DNA from: Gemmatimonadota bacterium
GTDB taxonomy: Bacteria; Gemmatimonadota; Gemmatimonadetes; Gemmatimonadales; Gemmatimonadaceae
Direction of reading: 5' to 3'
DNA length: 64,000 nucleotides
Assembly: GCA_040389905.1 (NCBI GenBank)
Contig: JAZJZK010000014.1
Location: 1 to 64,000 of the forward strand
Part shown: positions 28,662-38,896 of the stretch, one piece after another
Layout of the letters: every line of letters starts with the position of its first letter
Position numbering within the stretch: position 1 is the stretch's first letter
Program-made: the position numbers and the translations under genes
The notes under the pieces: generated by a model
What the model saw: the letters and a program-made list of their open reading frames with translations, nothing else
What the model was told of the DNA's origin: nothing
The model's database searches: none

Positions 28662-29039
28662 TTGTCGGAAATCCTCCTCACCGAGCGCGAGCTCGACGTC
28701 ATGGCCGTCCTCTGGGAGCTCGGGTCAGCGACCGTGCCCGAGGTGCGCGAACGCATTGCGGACGACTTGGCATACACGACGGTGCAGACCGTGCTCCGAA
28801 CGCTCGAAACCAAGGGCTTCGTCGCACACGATGAGGAGGGCCGCTTTCATCGCTATCGCCCGCTCGTCGAACGAGACGCGGCAAGTCAGAGCGCATTGCG
28901 GCGACTGCTCGCGAAACTGTGTGGAGGCTCGCCGGAACTGCTGCTCACACAACTCGTGGCTCAGCGCGGAGTCAGCGAAGCGCAGATACGACGGATGCGC
29001 GACATGCTCGACGGATATCTGCCCGAGAAGAAGCCATGA
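28662..29039 (+). CDS. BlaI/MecI/CopY family transcriptional repressor
   Basis: LTERELDVMAVLWELGSATV, LAYTTVQTVLRTLETKG, YRPLV. Confidence 0.9.
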   Translation: MSEILLTERELDVMAVLWELGSATVPEVRERIADDLAYTTVQTVLRTLETKGFVAHDEEGRFHRYRPLVERDAASQSALRRLLAKLCGGSPELLLTQLVAQRGVSEAQIRRMRDMLDGYLPEKKP

Positions 29040-30664
29040 TGCTTTCGTGGGCGATATACGTCGTGGTCGTTTCCGCGCTCCTCGGAGTCGCAGCGTTGGT
29101 AGCCGAGCACGGTTTGCGGCTGGTACGCTTGCCCACTCGCGCAGCTTGGGCCGCGGCGCTCACCGGAGTCGTGGTGCTCGGCACACTCGCGCTACTGCCG
29201 CCCTCGATCGGACGTCCTGCGTCGGTAGCTGATCGAGCGCTGCTACCGCTGGTAACGGGACCAACGCGTGCGACGTCGAGTGCGCCAATCCTCGGGCCTC
29301 CGCTGCGCGGTCGCGCTGTGCAGTTTCGCACGGACAGGAACAGCGTGGTGACGTATTTCTCGCTCGTCAGCGCGGCCGTTGCACTGTCGTTCCTGCTCGC
29401 CACATCCCTCCGGCTGGTGCGACGCCGCCGCGGTTGGAGCGCGGAGGTGGTTGACGAGACGTCCCTGCTCGTCACCGACGACGTCGGTCCTGCCGTCGTG
29501 GGATTCTTGCGCCCGATCATTGTCATTCCGCGATGGGCGCTTCAACTGCCTCGGGAAGAGCGCGCCCTCATCCTCGCCCACGAGAACGAGCATGTACGCG
29601 CGGGTGATCAGCGATTGCTCGCAGTGACGCTGCTCCTCGTTGCACTCGTGCCTTGGAATCTCGTGCTCTGGTGGTACGCGCTCCGCTTGCGACGAGCGAT
29701 CGAGATGGATTGCGACGCGCGTGTACTACGGCGATTCGGTAACGTGCGCTCGTACGGCGAGCTCCTGTTGCACGTCAGCCGCCGCCCACGGGCCCTGCCC
29801 TTCGCGATGAGCGCCTTCGGCGAGTCGGAATCCACTCTCGAGAGTAGAATCAGGGCGATGACCACTCCGCGGTCGCGCCACTGGTCTTCGGTGGCAACCG
29901 TGTCGTCGATGCTGGCGGTCCTGGTCCTTGTCGTCGCGTGTGAGCTACCACTTCCAAGTGCTCCGCCAAGCGATGCGAGTCGTGCGCAGCTTCCGGCGCG
30001 CCGAGACAACGATGCGTTCGTCACCGACACGAACAAGACCGGCGATAGGGCGCCCAGACAGAAGTTTCCGCCGGACTACATCGTGCGCGCAATGGAGATC
30101 TCCGTCGAGAGCGCACAACCACAGATCTATCGGACGGGTGTCGGGAACGGAAAGGCGGTCTGGATGGCGCTCGATCAGAATGAACGAGTGCTCGACTCCT
30201 GGGTGGGTCCCGCGTGGTCGGAGTCCGCGCACGCAGAATGGAAAGCACTGCGCCGATTCCCAGATCGCTGGTTCGTGCCGTGGACGTACGAAGTGAAAGC
30301 GAGGAACGGGAAATGGATTCCCGTGGTGTGGATGGCGGAGATTCGTGAATGGGAGTGGATCGATGGCGATTCGAGAATTGCAACCCGCCTTCCCGAGTGG
30401 GTCAGACGCGATGTGCCGAAAGTCTACACGGACGGAGTGCGCCAGGGCTCAGCTCTCTGGTACGTCAAGGATGGACGTAACAACCGACTCCTGAAGGCAT
30501 GGGTGGCTCCGATCCCGTTGGGTCGAAAGGCGCAATGGCAGTATGCGCGAGATGAGCTGTCAGATCACAGCGATCTCGGGCTCAACGTGGACCGATTCAG
30601 CGTTGTTGGCGCGGACGGGCGGATGATCCCGGTGGTGTATGTCCAGCTTTACCCCCGGAGTTAG
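29036..30664 (+). CDS. M56 family (BlaR1-like) metallopeptidase sensor with an unrecognised, internally duplicated C-terminal domain
   Basis: GPAVVGFLRPII, LAHENEH (HExxH), EMDCD, YGELLL, LESRI; ATGA-coupled to blaI. Confidence 0.88.
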   Translation: MMLSWAIYVVVVSALLGVAALVAEHGLRLVRLPTRAAWAAALTGVVVLGTLALLPPSIGRPASVADRALLPLVTGPTRATSSAPILGPPLRGRAVQFRTDRNSVVTYFSLVSAAVALSFLLATSLRLVRRRRGWSAEVVDETSLLVTDDVGPAVVGFLRPIIVIPRWALQLPREERALILAHENEHVRAGDQRLLAVTLLLVALVPWNLVLWWYALRLRRAIEMDCDARVLRRFGNVRSYGELLLHVSRRPRALPFAMSAFGESESTLESRIRAMTTPRSRHWSSVATVSSMLAVLVLVVACELPLPSAPPSDASRAQLPARRDNDAFVTDTNKTGDRAPRQKFPPDYIVRAMEISVESAQPQIYRTGVGNGKAVWMALDQNERVLDSWVGPAWSESAHAEWKALRRFPDRWFVPWTYEVKARNGKWIPVVWMAEIREWEWIDGDSRIATRLPEWVRRDVPKVYTDGVRQGSALWYVKDGRNNRLLKAWVAPIPLGRKAQWQYARDELSDHSDLGLNVDRFSVVGADGRMIPVVYVQLYPRS

Positions 30665-30729
30665 CGGGTGCCGCGCACGGGACCACCATGAGCGAACCGA
30701 GGGTCGCAAACGCGGATTAGCTTCACATC

Positions 30730-32625
30730 ATGACAGGCAACCGCCCAACGACGAAACCGATTCCCGAGGACGAGCGCCCAAAGAGCTGGAAAGAGCGTGT
30801 CGCCGCGCTGCGATACCTGCCCACGCTCCTCCGCCTCGTCTGGGAGACGCACCGCGTCTTCACGCTGTCGATGATGCTGCTGCGCCTGGCGCGCGGCTTC
30901 GTTCCCGTCGCAGCGCTGTGGGCGGCGAAGCTGATCATCGACCAGGTGGTCCATCTCGCCCAAACTCCGGGCGCGTCGCTTACACCACTCTGGCGCGTCG
31001 TCGCGCTCGAGCTTGGCATCGTCGTCGTCGGCGAGTTTCTCGCGCGCGGATCCTCGCTCGTCGAGTCACTCCTCGGCGACCTGTTTTCCAATCGCATGAG
31101 CGTGCGCCTCATGCGCCACGCGGCCACGCTCGATCTTCAGCAGTTCGAAGATCCGGAGTTCTATGATCGTCTCGAACGCGCTCGCCGTCAGACGACCGCG
31201 CGCATTGGGCTCATCGCAATGCTGCTCTCGATGGGTCAGAATGTGCTCACCCTGGCCACGCTCGCCGCCGCGCTGATCGTGCACAATCCCTGGCTGCTGC
31301 TGCTACTGACCGTGGCGATTGTGCCGAGTTTCCTTGGAGAAACGCACTTCGCAGCGCTCAGTTACTCCCTGCTCTTCAAACGAACGCCCGAACGGCGCGA
31401 ACTGGACTATCTCCGCTTCGTGGGCGCGAGCGACCGGACGGCGAAGGAAGTCCAGATGTTCGGCCTCGCGGGCTGGCTCACCGACCGATACGACGTGCTC
31501 GCGCAAAAGTACTACGCCGAGAATCGGAAGCTGAGCATCAGGAAGGCTGTGGTGAGCGCGGTGCTGTCACTCATCGGGACGCTGGGGTACTACGGCGCGT
31601 ACATCACAATTCTGATGCGCGCCGTGGCAGGGGCGATTAGCCTCGGCACCCTCACCTTCCTCGCCTCCGCGTTCAGCCGGAGTCGCGACCTCATTCAGGG
31701 CCTGCTCCTCTCGGCGAGTGACATCTACGAACAGAGTCTCTACCTCAAGGACCTGTTCGTGTTCTTCGAGATGGAGCCGTCGATTCGCTCGAAGCCCGGC
31801 GCGAAATCAGTCCCCAATCCGATTCAGACAGGATTCGTCTTCGAAGACGTGGGCTTTCAGTACCCGGGTGGCGCGCGATGGGCCATCCGCCACGTGAATC
31901 TCGCGATCACGCCCGGCGAGCGTATTGCGCTCGTCGGCGAAAATGGCGCCGGCAAGACGACGATCACCAAGCTGCTCGCACGCCTGTACGATCCGACCGA
32001 GGGGCGCATTCTGCTCGATGGCGTGGACATCCGTGACTATGATCTCGCATCGCTCCGCGCAGCGATTGGCGTCATCTTCCAGGATTTCGTCCGCTACGAT
32101 ATGCGCTTCGACGAGAATGTCGGCGTGGGTGAAATCCAAAGCGTGACCGCGTATCTCGAACAGGTGCGCGACGTCCCGCCACGTGAGGCCGAGAAGCCGC
32201 CTGAGGCGCTCGTCGACGCTGCCGATCGCTCGCTTGCCTCGAGCCTGCTACCTCGCTTTGGCGACGGGTACCGGCAAATGCTCGGCCGCCGGTTCGACGA
32301 CGGCGTGGACCTCTCGGGCGGCGAATGGCAGAAGATCGCGCTCGCGCGCGCCTACATGCGCTCGGCGCAGTTGCTCATCCTCGACGAGCCGACGGCGGCG
32401 CTCGACGCACGAGCCGAGTACGAAGTCTTCGTCCGCTTCAATCAACTCATGGCGGGACGCATGGCGGTGGTGATCTCACACCGGTTTTCCACGGTGCGCA
32501 TGGCCGATCGCATCATCGTGCTTGCGCACGGCAAAGTCGTGGAAGAGGGCACGCATGCGTCGCTCGTTGCGTCGGGCGGCGTGTACGCGGAGCTCTTCGA
32601 GATGCAGGCGAAAGGATATCGCTAA
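30730..32625 (+). CDS. ABC transporter fused permease/ATPase (exporter)
   Basis: N-terminal TMs; GENGAGKTT, LSGGEWQK, ILDEPTAALD, ISHRFST. Confidence 0.92.
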   Translation: MTGNRPTTKPIPEDERPKSWKERVAALRYLPTLLRLVWETHRVFTLSMMLLRLARGFVPVAALWAAKLIIDQVVHLAQTPGASLTPLWRVVALELGIVVVGEFLARGSSLVESLLGDLFSNRMSVRLMRHAATLDLQQFEDPEFYDRLERARRQTTARIGLIAMLLSMGQNVLTLATLAAALIVHNPWLLLLLTVAIVPSFLGETHFAALSYSLLFKRTPERRELDYLRFVGASDRTAKEVQMFGLAGWLTDRYDVLAQKYYAENRKLSIRKAVVSAVLSLIGTLGYYGAYITILMRAVAGAISLGTLTFLASAFSRSRDLIQGLLLSASDIYEQSLYLKDLFVFFEMEPSIRSKPGAKSVPNPIQTGFVFEDVGFQYPGGARWAIRHVNLAITPGERIALVGENGAGKTTITKLLARLYDPTEGRILLDGVDIRDYDLASLRAAIGVIFQDFVRYDMRFDENVGVGEIQSVTAYLEQVRDVPPREAEKPPEALVDAADRSLASSLLPRFGDGYRQMLGRRFDDGVDLSGGEWQKIALARAYMRSAQLLILDEPTAALDARAEYEVFVRFNQLMAGRMAVVISHRFSTVRMADRIIVLAHGKVVEEGTHASLVASGGVYAELFEMQAKGYR

Positions 32626-32628
32626 AGA

Positions 32629-33021
32629 CTATTGCGTGCGCGAAATCAGCTGAATGACGCCGCCACCGTACTGCGACCCGAACTTCGACACCGCCTCGGT
32701 ACTGCTGAAATAGCGAATCTCGGAGAACCGTTCCGGCTGGAGATTCCGTAGCGTCTCGGGTATCCCGTACTCCTGCTCATTGAGAAAGACGATAGCGCGC
32801 TCGCGCTTGTTCGTCTTGATCGACACCGTGCCGCGGTCCTTCAGGTAGTCGGCGTGGAGACGGGCGATGAGATCATAGACATTCGACGCACGCGTCGAGT
32901 CGATTTCATCCTGTGTGATGACGTTGCGCGCGGTCCGCGCGGCTGCCTGTTCCGGCGTTTGCTGGTGGCAGGCGAGCGTAGCCACGATGAGGAACGAAGC
33001 GCCGACCATCGTCTTTCGCAC
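32629..33021 (-). CDS. Small lipoprotein consisting of a stand-alone TonB-receptor plug-like domain
   Basis: Lipobox TLAC; NVITQDEI...VYDLI...IRYFSSTEAVSKFG...GGVIQLISR resembles plug-domain motifs. Confidence 0.65.
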   Translation of the reverse strand: MRKTMVGASFLIVATLACHQQTPEQAAARTARNVITQDEIDSTRASNVYDLIARLHADYLKDRGTVSIKTNKRERAIVFLNEQEYGIPETLRNLQPERFSEIRYFSSTEAVSKFGSQYGGGVIQLISRTQ

Positions 33022-33048
33022 GTGGTGCCTCCCGTGAGTGGAAGCGTG

Positions 33049-33080
33049 AAGGACGAACGGCCCCGGACGAACCGGAGCCG
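33049..33080 (-). terminator. Possible weak terminator/hairpin after susD
   Basis: Minus strand CGGCTCCGG-TTCGT-CCGGGGCCG followed by TTCGTCCTT. Confidence 0.35.
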
Positions 33081-33110
33081 CTCGTTCTCACAATTTACTC
33101 TCGCCCGGCC

Positions 33111-34505
33111 TCAGGAACAGGTGGGCGCGATCGACGTGGTGTTGCGCGCATCGAGTTCACGCTTCGGGATCGGGAGCGTGGTCTGGAAGACGTCCTGCGT
33201 CGTTTCCTTCTTGAGGAAGGTGGCGTTCAGGCGCGTGTATGCCCGAAGGTCCACGAGCCGGTGTGCGTTCTCGCCGAGCAGCGAGTACCGCTTCTCGTAA
33301 AGGACGGCATCGATCGCCAGCTTCTTCGAGGCCGGTACGGCAATCGCCGCTAGTCCACCGTCAGAGGCGCGGACGGTGTTGATGTCGGCCGTGGCACCAA
33401 TGAGGTCGCCGAGCTCGATCTTGACCTGCGCGCGGAGCAGCAACAGCTCCGACGTCTTCAGAACCGGAATGGAGCGCGTAAGCGCGCCAGCCGGATCGGT
33501 CGCAACCGCCTTGTACTTCGACGTCACCTGGTTGAGCGTCTTCGACGTGACCGTAAGGATCTTGGCCGCACGCGTATCGCCAGCCTGAAGGCTGTCACCC
33601 ACCGCAGGATTGAGGTAGATGTTCGCATCGGCGAGCGGATTCGTGGACTCGTTGGCGGACGTGCTGTACGTGTTGTACAGACCGCCGTCCGGCCCAGCCG
33701 GCGCGCCGGTGAGTGCCGCATTGAGCGCCGTCAGCGCCGTGGCGAAGCTTCCCGTATTCGGCTTGGAGTGATCGAGACCACGATATAGCTCGACCTTGCC
33801 CTTCAGCCCGCGATTGAAGCGGAGGAACGCGGTCGGCGTAGTAAAGCTGCCATTCGACGAGAAACCAGCGGGCAGCGTGAACGGGAACGACGCACCACCC
33901 GCCGCGAGCTGTGTCGATGCAGTATCCAGCAACGCCGAGATGTACGTCAACGCGTTCGGCTTGCAGACGAACGCCGCCGGCGGATCATCGATCGGATGGT
34001 TGACATCGATCGCGATGCCGAGCGAATCACGCGTCTCGAGCACGCGATAGTAGGCCAGCGCCTTGAACGTGTTCACGAGTCCCTGCGTCGCCGACGCTTC
34101 GGCCGTCGTCAGGCCAGTGGCGGTGGGCAGCGAATTGAGAATCGTGTTCGCGGAGCGGATGGTGACGTACATGCCGGAGAACGCACCGCCGCCGGTGAAC
34201 GCCGAGAAATCGGCCGGCCCGCCGATGATCTCACTGATGTAGCGCGCCTCGGCGTTGTCGAGACGGTAGAAATCGCGCGCCATCGTCTCCGTGAAGACGA
34301 GATAGCGCGAGTCGAGCTCCCCGCGCGACGCGTTCAACAGGCCGTTGACGAGCAGGCCGGTGGACGCGCGCGTGAGGCCACCAGAGATGGCTTCTGCGGA
34401 GACGTTATTGAGGTCGCCGACCGACGTCGAGTCCTTGCACGCTATAGCGGCAAGACCCAGTGCGGCGATGAGCGCCAGTGTTCGGTTGTGTATCATGAGC
34501 TTCAT
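33111..34505 (-). CDS. RagB/SusD family outer-membrane lipoprotein
   Basis: Lipobox AAIAC; ELLLLRAQ, DINTVR, YEKRYSLLGENAHRLVDLR, LPIPKRELD. Confidence 0.88.
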   Translation of the reverse strand: MKLMIHNRTLALIAALGLAAIACKDSTSVGDLNNVSAEAISGGLTRASTGLLVNGLLNASRGELDSRYLVFTETMARDFYRLDNAEARYISEIIGGPADFSAFTGGGAFSGMYVTIRSANTILNSLPTATGLTTAEASATQGLVNTFKALAYYRVLETRDSLGIAIDVNHPIDDPPAAFVCKPNALTYISALLDTASTQLAAGGASFPFTLPAGFSSNGSFTTPTAFLRFNRGLKGKVELYRGLDHSKPNTGSFATALTALNAALTGAPAGPDGGLYNTYSTSANESTNPLADANIYLNPAVGDSLQAGDTRAAKILTVTSKTLNQVTSKYKAVATDPAGALTRSIPVLKTSELLLLRAQVKIELGDLIGATADINTVRASDGGLAAIAVPASKKLAIDAVLYEKRYSLLGENAHRLVDLRAYTRLNATFLKKETTQDVFQTTLPIPKRELDARNTTSIAPTCS

Positions 34506-34524
34506 CCCTTGTTGGATGGGTCGA

Positions 34525-37500
34525 TTAGAAGTTGGCGCTCAGCGAGAAGAAGATGCTGCGACTTGGCGGGTACGGCGTCACGTCCTGGAAGCGACCGATG
34601 TTCTGGTTGCTGAAGTTCGAGACTTCGGGATCGTAGCCCGTGTACGGCGTCCAGGTCTTGAGATTGCGAGCACTGACTTCCAGACGAACATCCTGCGTGA
34701 TGGACGAGAAGATCGTTTGCGCGAGGGAACGCGGCAGCGTGTACGACACCGAGATTTCGCGCAGCTTGAGGAAGCCTGCCTTCTCGAAGTACGACGCTCC
34801 CTGCGTGAGGAAGGCCGTGTTGCGCGCGTGAGCGGCTGCCGTATCGGCCAGTGCGCCGAGGTTGTCCGCCGTTGCCTCGTCGTAATAGATGTTGGTCAGG
34901 TTCGCGACGTAGCCACCGCTCCGCCAGTCGAGCAGGCCGTACAGGCGCACGGCGCCGAAATTGAACTCGTTGGAGAAGCCCATGGTGAAGTCCGGAGCGC
35001 TCTCGTAGTTCGTGATGCGCCGCGCGCGGCTCACATACGTGCCGGTGCTGCAGGTGCCAGCAGGTCCGCACGAGAACGTCGAGTCATAGCCGTTGCGCGC
35101 TTGCGCCGTGGACGGCGAGTAGCCCTGGCAGACATACGGTGCGCCGTAGGCGGTGCCGAAGTAGCTGCCGCCGTTGAAGCATGGCACATCGAGACGCGTG
35201 ATGCGGCCGTCGACGTTTGCATACGTCGTGCGGGACACCCAGCTGAAGTCACCGCGCTGGATCGGCGTGATGTTCAGCCCGATTTCCGTTCCGGTGTTCT
35301 GCAGTGCGCCGCCGTTGATGAGGCGCGTGGTGAAGCCAGACGTGTTGGCAACCGTCGCCGAGAGAATGAGATCCTCGACGTTCTTCTTGAACATCGTGAA
35401 GTCGAACGCCACGCGGCCGTTCAACATCTGGGCATCGATGCCACCCTCGATCTCCGTCGAGAGCTCCGGGCGGATGTTCGGCGAACCGGCGGTCGTCGAC
35501 GGACGTGCGCCGAGCTGGCCGCCGTACACCGAGATCGGCAGCGTGGTGAACTTGTAGCCGTACGGCGGCTGGTTGCCTGCGCGGCCCCAGGCGAAGCGCA
35601 CCTTGAGTTCGTCCGTGTACTTCGGAAGCATGGGCAGGCGGTACGACGCCGCCGCCTTTGGATAGTTGTAGAACTTCTTGTCGTCGCCGTTGACGCTCGA
35701 CCGCTCGGCATTGATGGCCCCCGTGAGGAGGAGCCGTTCGTTGAGCGCGAGGATTTCTTCCTGGGCGAAATACGCGAAGTCCTTCACGAGGTATTGCAAC
35801 TCGTTCACGTTCTGGACGACGCCGTAGTCGACATCGGTCACCCCAGCCGGAATGTTGCGGCCACGGTTGGTGATCCCGTCGTACTGGCGACGCTCCTGCC
35901 GCAACCCGAACGAGGTTGTGAGCGTTCCCCGATCCGCGATGAGCTTGTGTGCGCCGGAGATGTTCAGGTTCGCGTTCACGTTCTGCTGCTTCACACGAAC
36001 GAGCGTGCCCGGCAGCCCGTCGTTTGCCTCGAAATACACATCCGGCGGCGAAGTGAGGTTCGAGTTGTAGGAATACGCATCGACGCCGCCGATGAAGGTG
36101 AAGTCGAGCGTCTGACGCTGCGTCCCATACGCCGACAGCGTGGTATTGATGCTGCCGATATAGCGGTAAACGTCTTCCGGATTCTTGATCAGGTCCGCGT
36201 TCTGGAAGGGATTGGATCCCGACGAGAGGTACGGATTACGCCCGCCAGCGGCGAGATTCTCGAACGTGGGCGTCGCGGAGAAGACGTCGCCGGGGGAGAC
36301 GATGTCGGCGTTGTCGTTTCCGGAGATGCCGCGGTCGGTGAGCGAGTGCACGAACTCGTTGTTCGCGCGCAGCGTCAGCTTGGAGCCGACGACCTGGCTC
36401 ATGTTCGCGGTGAGCGACTGCTTCTGGTAGTACGAGTTCCGCTGAATGGCGTTGTCGCGCTTGGCGAGCCCGCCCACATAGTACGTCGTGCCGCCGTTGC
36501 CGCCGCGCAGTGACGCGTTGCTCTCGTACGACATCGGGTTGCCGCCGTAGAACTGGTCCTCGAAGTCGTTGCACTTCGTCGCGGCAGAGGTCCATGCGCC
36601 AGGGTCGAAGCCCGCCGCTTCCGCTTCCGCGGCCGAACCGTAGCAGCGGAAGTTGAGCTTGTTCGACATCGTGAATTGGCCCATGCGCTGCGTGATGTTC
36701 GCTGAGGGCTTGCCAGTGGAACCGCGGCGCGTCGTGATGATGATGACGCCATTCGACGCCTTCGAACCGTAGATCGCGCCCGCCGATGCACCCTTCAGCA
36801 CTTCGATGCTCTCGATATCCGCCGGATTGATGTCCGAGATGCGGTTGACTGGCTGATCCTGGCTCGTCGCCACACCACTTCCGGCCTGTGTGATGGAGTT
36901 CAGTCCGGAAAGGATCTGGGCGTTGTTCGCCAGAACGCCGTCGATGACATACAGCGGGCTGGACGACGCGTTGATCGATGTCACGCCACGGAGCTGAATC
37001 TGCGAGCCGCCGCCCGGGGCACCGGAGTTCGTCGAGATGACGGCGCCCGGAATCTTACCCTGGAGCGCGTTTTCAATCGTCGGCGTTGGCGCCTTGTTGA
37101 GCTGCTCTCCGCTCACGGCAGCAATAGCATTCGCCGAATTCGCCGAGGAGATGCTTGTCGTTGTTCCGGTGACCACCTGACGCTCCAACTCGAGCACGTC
37201 CTTCTCGAGCTTCACCTCGATCTGGTCAGCGGTGGCCGCAAGGGGCTGATTCACACGCTTGTAACCGAGACGCCGCACGACAAGCACCTGAGCGCCGGCC
37301 GGGACGTTGACGAGTGTAAAACGACCGTCTTCGCCAGAGTACCCGCCGATGGTCGTTCCTTGAACTGAGACGCTGGCGCTGGACACGGGCTCGCCGGCAT
37401 TGCCGACAACTCGACCCGTGACGCGGCGCTGCGCCGAGGCTTCCGTACTGACGACAACCGTCAGGAGAGCCGCGCAAACCCACGATACGATCTTCCTCAC
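34525..37500 (-). CDS. SusC/RagA family TonB-dependent outer-membrane receptor
   Basis: GTG with GGAGG RBS; N-terminal carboxypeptidase-regulatory-like domain; ALQGKIPG, PLYVIDGV, DINPADIESIEVLKGASAGAIYGSKASNGVIIITT; C-terminal F. Confidence 0.93.
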   Translation of the reverse strand: MRKIVSWVCAALLTVVVSTEASAQRRVTGRVVGNAGEPVSSASVSVQGTTIGGYSGEDGRFTLVNVPAGAQVLVVRRLGYKRVNQPLAATADQIEVKLEKDVLELERQVVTGTTTSISSANSANAIAAVSGEQLNKAPTPTIENALQGKIPGAVISTNSGAPGGGSQIQLRGVTSINASSSPLYVIDGVLANNAQILSGLNSITQAGSGVATSQDQPVNRISDINPADIESIEVLKGASAGAIYGSKASNGVIIITTRRGSTGKPSANITQRMGQFTMSNKLNFRCYGSAAEAEAAGFDPGAWTSAATKCNDFEDQFYGGNPMSYESNASLRGGNGGTTYYVGGLAKRDNAIQRNSYYQKQSLTANMSQVVGSKLTLRANNEFVHSLTDRGISGNDNADIVSPGDVFSATPTFENLAAGGRNPYLSSGSNPFQNADLIKNPEDVYRYIGSINTTLSAYGTQRQTLDFTFIGGVDAYSYNSNLTSPPDVYFEANDGLPGTLVRVKQQNVNANLNISGAHKLIADRGTLTTSFGLRQERRQYDGITNRGRNIPAGVTDVDYGVVQNVNELQYLVKDFAYFAQEEILALNERLLLTGAINAERSSVNGDDKKFYNYPKAAASYRLPMLPKYTDELKVRFAWGRAGNQPPYGYKFTTLPISVYGGQLGARPSTTAGSPNIRPELSTEIEGGIDAQMLNGRVAFDFTMFKKNVEDLILSATVANTSGFTTRLINGGALQNTGTEIGLNITPIQRGDFSWVSRTTYANVDGRITRLDVPCFNGGSYFGTAYGAPYVCQGYSPSTAQARNGYDSTFSCGPAGTCSTGTYVSRARRITNYESAPDFTMGFSNEFNFGAVRLYGLLDWRSGGYVANLTNIYYDEATADNLGALADTAAAHARNTAFLTQGASYFEKAGFLKLREISVSYTLPRSLAQTIFSSITQDVRLEVSARNLKTWTPYTGYDPEVSNFSNQNIGRFQDVTPYPPSRSIFFSLSANF

Positions 37501-37735
37501 ATCGCCTCCGAGAACGATATGGGTGGACGTGCCGGACGAGATATCCGGCAGCTGGTTTGTTGAGCCCGAAAAACAAGGAGGCGAAGGCAACACTGGGGAG
37601 ACAGTGATGCTCATCACCCCGCTCCGGGCACATATGTTTTAAGGTTGAAACGATCCTCTGTCAACCGTGTGACGCGGACGGCGTAGACTGAGTCTCCGAT
37701 TCGATTAAGAATTCTTAGTGCGCCGTCGCACCGGG

Positions 37736-38878
37736 TTATTCGAGCCCGGACGCGGAGGCGCGCGGCGCTGTTACGCGGGCAAGTAACGCCCCTAATTCCC
37801 GGCGCACACCGATGCGGTGCGCTATCTGAATGCCGGTGACGCCGAACTGCCAGTTCGCTTCGATGATGATTGGGCCCGCCGGCGTTAGCGCCACGTCCCA
37901 GCCAAGGGCGGGCAGTTCCGGGAATGCGAGCGCGGCTCTCCGTACCAGGGTCAGGAGTGCCTCCCAATCCGGAAGTTGAACATCGGCTACGCGTGCACCA
38001 GATACGGGGTGGACGTCGGAGGGGCGAAGCACGTCACTCGGATCACGCCGCCCGACGCAGTGGCGAAGCCGTCCCGATGCGAGATCGATGGACGCAATCG
38101 CCGTCGTGCCTCCTCCGTCCCGAAAATTGTCGGTAGTCTGGCCGGCTCCGGGAATCTTGAGATGAGCCCACCGGATTGCGACACCGTCGTCAGCACCCAG
38201 GAATGAGTGAATGCGGACGGTACCGAGCCCAGGGCCGGGCATCAGCTCGTGCAGACCCGCGTGCGGTGGAATGCGGCGCTGAATCAGCCACAGAGACGGC
38301 GAACGATGCTGGGCCGCGAGCCAGGGAAGGAGCGCGCCCGCATCGAACAGCTGGCCATCCATCCGCGGAATACCGTGACGAATTGTTGCGCCATGGACAC
38401 CGTACCCCAATCCCCCGTACACCAACTTGATGATGACGGCGGCGTCTCCAATGCCTCGAAGCATGGAGTGGAGTTCGTCGGCCGAACGCGCAACGGCTCC
38501 CTGCCATGGCGTGACCTCAGACGCGTCCGTCACAATCACACCCAGGATTTCTCCCGTCGGCAATCCGGCCTCGGCGCAGCGGGCAGCAAACGCCAACTTG
38601 TTCTCTTCGAGATACCGCCAGTGCGGAACGGTGGTCTGACGCTGCAGTGGAATCACCGCTGCGTCGTCGACGTAATCGCCATAATGCGACGGATGCACAT
38701 CGACGAGCCCCGCGTCCGCAAAGAATCGCGGGTTTCCGCCGTACCGAAGTCGAAAGATGGCGAGCGTGTGGATGACCTGGTGGATCGGCCGACGACTTAC
38801 CCGCTGGACGCCGTGAACGATGCCCGCGTACGAGCGCGCGGACTCGATCCACCTTCCTATGCGCGAGTCTCGCGGCAT
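37736..38878 (-). CDS. ATP-grasp protein (sugar-transfer-associated ATP-grasp-like), paralog 2
   Basis: ENKLAF, IIKLVYGGLGYG, WLIQRRIPPH, GTVRIHS, TDNF, LPDWE, LGWDVALTPAGPIIIEAN. Confidence 0.8.
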   Translation of the reverse strand: MPRDSRIGRWIESARSYAGIVHGVQRVSRRPIHQVIHTLAIFRLRYGGNPRFFADAGLVDVHPSHYGDYVDDAAVIPLQRQTTVPHWRYLEENKLAFAARCAEAGLPTGEILGVIVTDASEVTPWQGAVARSADELHSMLRGIGDAAVIIKLVYGGLGYGVHGATIRHGIPRMDGQLFDAGALLPWLAAQHRSPSLWLIQRRIPPHAGLHELMPGPGLGTVRIHSFLGADDGVAIRWAHLKIPGAGQTTDNFRDGGGTTAIASIDLASGRLRHCVGRRDPSDVLRPSDVHPVSGARVADVQLPDWEALLTLVRRAALAFPELPALGWDVALTPAGPIIIEANWQFGVTGIQIAHRIGVRRELGALLARVTAPRASASGLE

Positions 38879-38896
38879 CGTGCGACGGGAGCCTCG

